Assembly (NCBI RefSeq): GCF_001194135.2 | Contig: NC_069002.1 | Coordinates: 4,144,090-4,183,283 of the forward strand | Reading direction: 5' to 3' | Source of the DNA: Octopus bimaculoides | Lineage: Eukaryota | Length of the DNA stretch: 39,194 nt | Shown here: piece after piece, positions 32,342 to 39,194 of the stretch | Layout of the letters: each line of letters opens with the position of its first letter | How positions within the stretch are numbered: position 1 is the stretch's first letter | Made by a program: the position numbers and the translations under genes | The notes under the pieces: model-generated | What the model saw: only the letters and a program-made list of their open reading frames with translations | Database searches by the model: none | Told to the model about the DNA's origin: nothing

Positions 32342-32863
32342 GGCATGGGTGTATGTACATATATATAGAGAGAGAGTGAGCGTGTATGTATGTATGTATG
32401 TATTATATATATACGCACACATACACTCCTCCAAAGTGACCTGCATTGACATGTTTTATGTGTGAGTGGATTGTGGTTGTTGTTGTTACTATGGCGACCG
32501 TCACATTAATATTTCACAAATGGTCGAGAGGCAAACAAAGTGAGACATCTTGGTTCCTTATCACCGAGTTGAAATCTTTTCACAGTTTACTGATTTGTCC
32601 CCTATCATTTCCAACTGGAGGAGATCAATTAAATAAATACCAGTTATACAGGAGGGAACACAATAGATTCTACCTCCCTCCTATGCAGATGCAACACACC
32701 ATACCTCTCTCCTCTGCACACAATAGAACATATCCTCCTTTACAAGCAATAAGCCATTATCCACCTCCCCTACAACTGCAATAGACCATACCCAACTCCC
32801 CTCCAAACACAATAGACCAGTAATAGACAAACTGCATCCTACAAGACTTTCTGAATTGTACAC

Positions 32864-33105
32864 TTAACCCTTTAGTATTCCGACCAGCCTTACCTGGTCC
32901 AAACATTCTATGTTTTATGTTCAAACCAGTCAGATCTGGCTTCTCACCCCCACCCTACAATGTCATTCTAAAAATAGTCACCTCATCAAAATCTCAAAGC
33001 TAGAAGATAATGCATGATGAATTCTAAACAACGTAAATAAATAAGTATTATCTGGCCAAAATATTCTACATGTTTTATGTCCAAACTGGCCAGATCTGGC
33101 CTCTC
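32864..33105 (+). mobile_element. TTAA|CCCTT element (second copy, internal partial duplication), ends at a SINE
   Basis: Matches 2727-2915; ATTCTA..TGTTTTATGT.CAAAC..CAGATCTGGC occurs twice. Confidence 0.6.
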
Positions 33106-33106
33106 A

Positions 33107-33305
33107 TGCCGAGCAAAATGCTTAGAGGCATTTCGTCCGTTTTTACGTTCCGAGTTCAAATTCCGCCGAGGTCGAATTTGCCTTTTATCCTTTCGCGGTC
33201 GATAAAATAAGCACCAGTTAAGCAATGGGGCCGATGTAATCGACTAGACCCCCATCCCACCAAATTTTAGATCTTGGGCCTATAGAAAAAAGGATTATTA
33301 TTATC
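33107..33305 (+). mobile_element. SINE family A, CpG-rich (young) copy
   Basis: AAAATGCTTAGAGGCATTTCGTCCG..CGAGTTCAAATTCCGCCGAGGTCGA..GGATTATTATT. Confidence 0.9.
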
Positions 33306-33837
33306 ATTTCATCTCAAGTGTTCGACAAAGTAAAACAAAAAAAAAAGAAACAACATTGAGTAACGTTGACATAGTTCCACTGACATAAACGGAATAACGG
33401 CAACGCTGACACGTCATCGCCAATAATTGAAGAAGGTGAGCTTCCTGAAACTAAAGTGCAAAGTGATCAATAAGATATCTTATGTAAACATTAAGAAAAA
33501 GGAGCTTCTACGAGCTCCATAAGATTGGGAAATCATTCTTCACGGTTCGTTGATCAAAAGTATTGAAATGCCACAGTTAAAAAAACAGACAAAAAAATAC
33601 CTAATTAGAGGAGAATCAAATGCCATGTAAGAGGAATATCTGTTAAAAGAAAACACATTTTTTAAACCATTCCTATCTCTAAGATTATTCTATGTAGTGT
33701 TGAATATATGGAATCGATTCTGACAGAATTCCAGCTCAGAACGGAAAGACACGTGACTTTACAACACCAACAATAACAAAGTGACGTGATTACATATAAC
33801 AATAACATCAACGTAGAGATGTGATAACACATAACTA

Positions 33838-34142
33838 GTCCCCAGGGGGCCCTCATGATTCTAGGAGTCCAACTCTGATTTATGTGCCGTGATATGTTGT
33901 CAATAATAAGTCTATACTATAAGGCCCAGTGCGTCGATTTGTGCCGGATGGGAGCCGATTTTGAACTTGGATTTGGTTTGCTGCCAATAAGTAAATATCA
34001 TAGGGTCCAATGCATTGATTTGCCCGGGGGCCTCACGGGTCTAGGGACCCAATTCTGATTTATGTATGCTGTCATATAAATACTATAGGCTCCAGTGCCT
34101 CGATTTGCCCAGGGATCTATGAATATTGCTTCGACTGCCCTG
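33838..34142. mobile_element. GC-richer insertion with internal duplication, probable non-autonomous DNA transposon remnant
   Basis: GGGGGCC..TCTAGG..CCAA.TCTGATTTATGT..TACTATA.G..CCAGTGC.TCGATTTG occurs twice (about 33843 and 34027). Confidence 0.45.
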
Positions 34143-34235
34143 CACATGACAACAGTAGCAAGAGACTTGGTTGCATATAACAACAACATAGAGACGTGAT
34201 TGCATTATAGCAACAACAAACAACTTGATTACATT

Positions 34236-34427
34236 TAATAATCTTTTCTGCTATAGGTACAAGGCCTGAAATTTTGGGGAAGTGGGCGAGTTGCTTACAT
34301 CGAACCCAGTACTGAATTGGTACGTATTCCACCGAAAAGGGTAGTATTTGAATTCAGACCATAACGAATCGGAAGAAATACCGCTAAGCATTTTGTCACT
34401 AAGGATTCTGCTAGCTTCGCCACCTGC
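34236..34427 (-). mobile_element. SINE family A, internally deleted
   Basis: ACAAGGCCTGAAATTTTGGGG..GAAATACCGCTAAGCATTTTG..GATTCTGCTAGCTTCGCC. Confidence 0.8.
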
Positions 34428-34989
34428 GCCTTACATAATATAATAATAATAATAATAAACAACAGCAACACAAATACGTGATTTCACAGCAACAATAACA
34501 AAGAAATATAATTGCACATAACAACGTGGAAACGTGATTGATTAAACAACAAAGATGCGATTACACCTAACAACACCAGTAACAACACAAAACGTAGAAA
34601 CGTGACGCCAAAATGTATTGAGACAAGAATGGAAATAGCGATACTATACTTCGATAATATTAGCAGACAAACAACAGAAAACACACACACACACACGTAC
34701 CAACAAACCAACACACCAAATAACGAGGTAGCCTTTACAGACAATCAGACGGTCGGCCAGAAATGGCAGTCACATCTCCCTCAAAGCACACACTACCGTC
34801 TTAAACAAGATATAAGAAAGGATGTTTATGATCGGAAGAACATCACTGATCATAGATTCATTGTATCGGAGCTAAAGAAAGAACGATCGAATACACACCA
34901 TACACACACACAGGTGTTTGCATGTGTGTTGAGTAATCCTCTAGTTTAATGTTATTTGGTTTTTGTAACCTCACATTAAAATATAAATC

Positions 34990-35025
<36 letters not shown>

Positions 35026-35102
35026 ATAGATAGATAGAATATATTGCATGGACACGTCCTCACGTTCGTTTTTTTCCTGTTTTTTTTTTAATTACTTGTT
35101 CT

Positions 35103-35151
<49 letters not shown>

Positions 35152-36705
35152 TACACACACAGAGACGTAACACTAATAAAGATCTGCCGTGTTGTCGAGA
35201 CAAAGGAATGGTGGAAGTCTCCCCAACCAAACACCCACCCACCGCCTCGTGGAATGATGACTGTCATTATTCCACTCGGTTTTGTTATTATCATTATCAT
35301 TACATTCACCGACGAAAATAACCGTCATTCCATAATCCACGGTAAGACATTATCAACACAGATAACGCTATCATTACACACACAAACAGACATTATCAGC
35401 AACTACAGCAGTAACAGCGAGATTGCTGGTTCAAATCTCACATTGACTTCTTGTGTCATTCACATTAAATATATATCCCTCGTCAAGCTTTCTGTTTAAT
35501 TTCTGCATTGACTATCAATTTGTTTCTTCCCCCCCCCCAACTATCCTTCCACTTATCAACAGATCTATCTATCTGTCTGTCTATGCCTGTCACATACTTA
35601 TGTATCTGTCATCACATATCTATCTGTCTGACATTCACATATATGTGTATTACGTATCTATCTATCTATCTATCCATCCATCCATCTACCTTCTCACCTT
35701 TCACCCTGTCAATACATCCTGTCATTCATACATCCATCTCTCCATCTAGCAATCTGTTGATCAATGCATTTATTATAACAGCTATCAATCCTTCTCTTTC
35801 TGTTCGTAATCTCTCACGCAAAACACACGCGCGCGAGCGACACCCGCGAAATCGCTTTTCACAAATCACTATTCATTCAGAAACCGCGAAACACACAAAA
35901 CGAAGACAGTCACTACAATCGTGACCACCACACAGTAATTATTATTATCATCATCATTATTATTATCATTTAGACACAGGTCAGTAACAATCTGGTTGAC
36001 CTTTGCTTAAAGTTGTTCTAGCTATGAGCATCTCGTCTTGTATTCAAGACTACAGTATCAAAAGTAACGAACATGTTTTTTTTCTTTCAAGACAGAACGG
36101 TATGATTTGAAGGATATTTGGCTGCTATTTTCAGCAGGTCGAACGACTACGTATTGTATGTGTAGTAAATATTTTATATCGTTGTAGAGGTTCGAAATTA
36201 CTCGAAGTAATGAGTACCTTTTAGTTGTTCAGACCCCGGGTCAACCCTGACTTAGCACACCTATTCTCAAAAGCGTTCCAGCCTAGACCACCTCTCTCTT
36301 TTTTTTTCTCCGGTCATAGGCATATAAGTACCACATTATCCAACGTGTGTGTGTGTGTGTGTTTTCCGATTAAAAGACGGCAGGTGCGTGTGTATGTGAC
36401 TGATTTAAGGTAGAATTGGCTGCTACTTCTAGCAGATCGGAGGAACAGCGTTGCATGATACAGGGGAAAAGGGGGGTGGGGGAATAACTATCAATTAAAA
36501 TATGAAGACAACACAAGGAGTGCGTGTATATATACAACAACACGCTCGAACGCACACATACAGTGTGCATGTTAGTATATATATGTGTGTGTGTATTTTG
36601 TTACATACAACGTAGTGTGACCATATACACATGAATTTGAATAAATATATATATATTTTTTACTTGGTGGGCCTAGAGGGTGGTGTTTGTGTGTGTATAT
36701 GTATA

Positions 36706-37342
36706 CACACACACACACACACGTATGTACATACATATATAGCTCAAACAGAAAATGTCACATATAAATATTTCTACACACAGTGGTGCTCCAGCATGGC
36801 ACGAGTTAAAGTATGACAGTATATGCCCTTTTTCTCTCTCACATATACACACATATATACATACATACTCATGTTTAAGGGCCACTCAATTATACGCAGC
36901 GGTAGAAATATATACATGCCTTCAATTTATGTTCGTATATGCATGTATGTATATGTCTGTGCGTTCGTGTTCTTTAGGTCGAGCTAGTGGCACCAGCTAA
37001 GACCATGCTGGAGCACATGTGAATGCCCACATGTATGTATAGCAAACAATTACGTCTGTGCGAGGTTATTTATTTGTAACTAGCAACAGGAAAGCTTCAG
37101 TTAAAATGTTNNNNNNNNNNCACACACACACACACACGTATGTACATACATATATAGCTCAAACAGAAAATGTCACATATAAATATTTCTACACACAGTG
37201 GTGCTCCAGCATGGCACGAGTTAAAGTATGACAGTATATGCCCTTTTTCTCTCTCACATATACACACATATATACATACATACTCATGTTTAAGGGCCAC
37301 TCAATTATACGCAGCGGTAGAAATATATACATGCCTTCAATT
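36706..37342. other. 222-bp exact duplication (36706-36927 = 37121-37342), probable assembly artefact
   Basis: Second copy is bounded on both sides by 10-N gaps. Confidence 0.8.
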
Positions 37343-37352
37343 NNNNNNNNNN

Positions 37353-37600
37353 TAGGAATATACATACATGGATAGATAAAAAGATAGATAGATACATACA
37401 TTGATTGATAGAAAGATAGATACATTCATAGATAGAAAGATAGATACATAGACAGATAGATGGATGGATAGATAGACAGACAGAGAGATAGGTAGATGTA
37501 TAAATAGACTGATAGACAGACATAGGTACATAAACAGGTACATAGATAGATAAACAGGCATATAGATAGATATATACATAGACAGGTAGATAAAACTGGA
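37353..37600. repeat. Degenerate (GATA)/(GACA) tetranucleotide field
   Basis: Directly visible; a complementary (TCTA) field lies at about 35555-35750. Confidence 0.9.
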
Positions 37601-37767
37601 ACAGGTACAAAAATACTGGGGAGGGTCGTGAAATGCATGTTTAAGGAAAACAATATGCAAACACACATATATAGGTAGATAGATATATTACAAAACATGA
37701 TGAGCACAAATGTCTCTTGGACTATATATGTACGTCAAATTTTGGCATAACGCTCCATTGTATTTAC

Positions 37768-37912
37768 CTCCGCAATTAATTGTTGTGTGCTGTGGCCGAA
37801 TTCTTTCCATCGCCGTTCTGTCATCTGGCGCAGTGGAATCACTTGTTTGGCAATTGCCGTCCATATTCTTGGTGGTCCGATTCTCCAGTTCTGGTGTGAC
37901 TCGGTTCGACAT
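37768..37912 (-). CDS. Putative first coding exon of an unidentified gene (MSNRVTPELENRTTKNMDGNCQTSDSTAPDDRTAMERIRPQHTTINCG-)
   Basis: About 50% GC unique island in AT-rich repeats; AG acceptor at 37926-37925, in-frame TAA directly before ATG, GAG|GTAAAT donor at 37767; a second frame is also open, so the reading frame is uncertain. Confidence 0.45.
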
Positions 37913-38289
37913 TTAATCAAAATTCTTCAGATACAAATTATATATAGGGATATATATATATATGTATATATGTATATCAATATTTATAAATATACATATA
38001 TGTATATATGTATATCAATATTTATAAATATACATATGTGTGTTTATGTTTACGCTATTGGAGTGGATGTGCGTGCGTATGTATCGATAGATAAATAAGC
38101 AGATATTTATGTAAGAGAGAGAAGGAGAAATATTTGTTGCTGCTACACCGGAACGAGCAGCAATGCTAGTCTTGATAACAATGTTTATAGTAAAATAGGA
38201 TAAAGGAAAAATCAAGCAAGCGACTCTGCCAAGAATTGCGGGAAAAACGTCTCGCGAAAGAAATTTGGAAATGGGTGATTGAGTAAGGC

Positions 38290-38930
38290 ATGGAGGAGGA
38301 GGAGGAGGTGGTGATAGAGTGAATGTTTGAGTGTGAGTGATAGACTAAGAGAGTAAGCGGAGTCGAGGGAAAGAAAGGAGATGGGGAGAGCGGGACTGAG
38401 GTAAAGGGAAGTGAAAATGACAGAGGGTGATACGGAAAAGTGAAGAAAAGGTAGATAAGATTGACATGAAATAGATAAGATAAATAAATAGAAAGAGAGA
38501 TAGATAAATAGAGAGAGAGAGAGAGAGCGGGGAAATTGTTTTATAAAATGTGAGAGGTATTGCTTTACGGGGGCTGAGGTAGGAGGAGAATAATATAGTA
38601 TCAAACGAGATAGGGTGGAAAGAAGAGAGAAAGGAATGCGCGGGAGTGAAGGGGTCGGAAGGAAAACGAAAGCGAGAGAGAGTGAGAGAGGGAAAGAAAT
38701 AATGTAGGTGAGAGGGGTGACGAAAAATATGTGAGAAAAGTAGAGAGTGAGGGAGGGAAGAGTGTGAGAGGGAGAGGTGTTGATATATAGAGAGAGAGAG
38801 AATGAAAGGGAAGGTGAGTGTTAGAGAAATAAAGAGAGTGACAGAGAATAAAAGGTGTATGAGAGGGAGGTAGAGTGGGGTGTTAGTCCAAAGAGAAAGA
38901 AAGAGAGAGAGAGGGAAGATTCTTATCAAG
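38290..38930 (+). repeat. About 640-bp polypurine (GA-rich) low-complexity tract
   Basis: Directly visible strand asymmetry. Confidence 0.9.
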
Positions 38931-38949
38931 CAGATTGATAATATCAATA

Positions 38950-39112
38950 GGTGGATAGATAGATAGATAGATAGATATAGATAGATAGATAGATAGATAG
39001 GTAGGTAGATACATTTCTTTTATTAGCCACACAGGGCTCAACGAAGATGGGACAAATACAATGTAGAGCTTTTCTTTTTGGGAGGGGGAAGGAAGGAAAA
39101 AAAAATAGTTAA

Positions 39113-39143
<31 letters not shown>

Positions 39144-39194
39144 CATTTCTTTTATTAGCCACACAGGGCTCAACGAAGATGGGACAAATACAAT
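38950..39194. repeat. 132-bp tandem unit: (GATA)n plus ACATTTCTTTTATTAGCCACACAGGGCTCAACGAAGATGGGACAAATACAAT
   Basis: Identical block starts at 39011 and 39143; runs off the window end. Confidence 0.85.

Larger units (their letters stand above)
33748..34612. repeat. Degenerate about 25-35 bp minisatellite with ACGTGATT core, interrupted by two insertions
   Basis: ACGTG at 33751, 33784, 34194, 34476, 34524, 34532 and 34600, usually followed by an AAC-rich spacer; decayed variants between. Confidence 0.7.
967..37352. other. Assembly gaps at 967-976, 6543-6905, 9660-10152, 11100-11414, 13197-13457, 17661-18157, 18406-18707, 26129-26154, 32059-32068, 37111-37120, 37343-37352
   Basis: N runs; real exons or element ends could be hidden inside them. 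Confidence 0.98.

Noticed and set aside
34602-34949. 115-aa ORF
   Set aside because: It is built from the ACGTG minisatellite, a CA repeat and a family D repeat copy.
36706-37342. Exact 222-bp duplication as a biological repeat
   Set aside because: The second copy is an isolated contig between two 10-N gaps; most likely mis-scaffolding or a haplotype duplicate.
12028-37931. Other CUGANGA hits (12028 +, about 25082 +, 37925 -, 3872 -)
   Set aside because: No properly placed GAAA with stems, apart from a partial stem II at 3872 that lacks stems I and III; expected by chance.
853-38947. Most ORF-track entries (poly-H, poly-T, poly-V, YI, HT, CV repeats and poly-X)
   Set aside because: They are translations of di- and trinucleotide microsatellites or N-gaps, open in several frames for compositional reasons.

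Overview
Repeat-rich, low-GC eukaryotic DNA from a gapped short-read assembly (11 N-gaps, about 2.3 kb in total). The SINE families and the very high microsatellite load look like an Octopus-type cephalopod; this is recognition of repeat consensus from memory, not a database search. No complete protein-coding gene is visible, and nearly all ORF-track entries are microsatellite or N-gap artefacts. The window is best read as large introns or intergenic DNA. It holds many tRNA-derived SINE copies, three decayed RTE-clade LINE fragments, a 5' half Tc1 transposon, several MITE-like inverted-repeat elements, minisatellites and a few weak exon candidates (the best is an ATG-containing exon at 37768-37924 on the minus strand). 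The most notable signal is a set of hammerhead ribozyme (HHR) motifs that the ORF track does not show. One is a complete type I HHR at 22440-22514 (-), embedded in a near-perfect fold-back inverted duplication. A minimal HHR lies at 7513-7557 (-), a decayed one at 16453-16503 (+), and a partial core sits inside an inverted-repeat element at 3668-3908. The architecture resembles Penelope-like retroelement or retrozyme insertions. Structures were paired by hand; cleavage activity, transcription and homology are untested.
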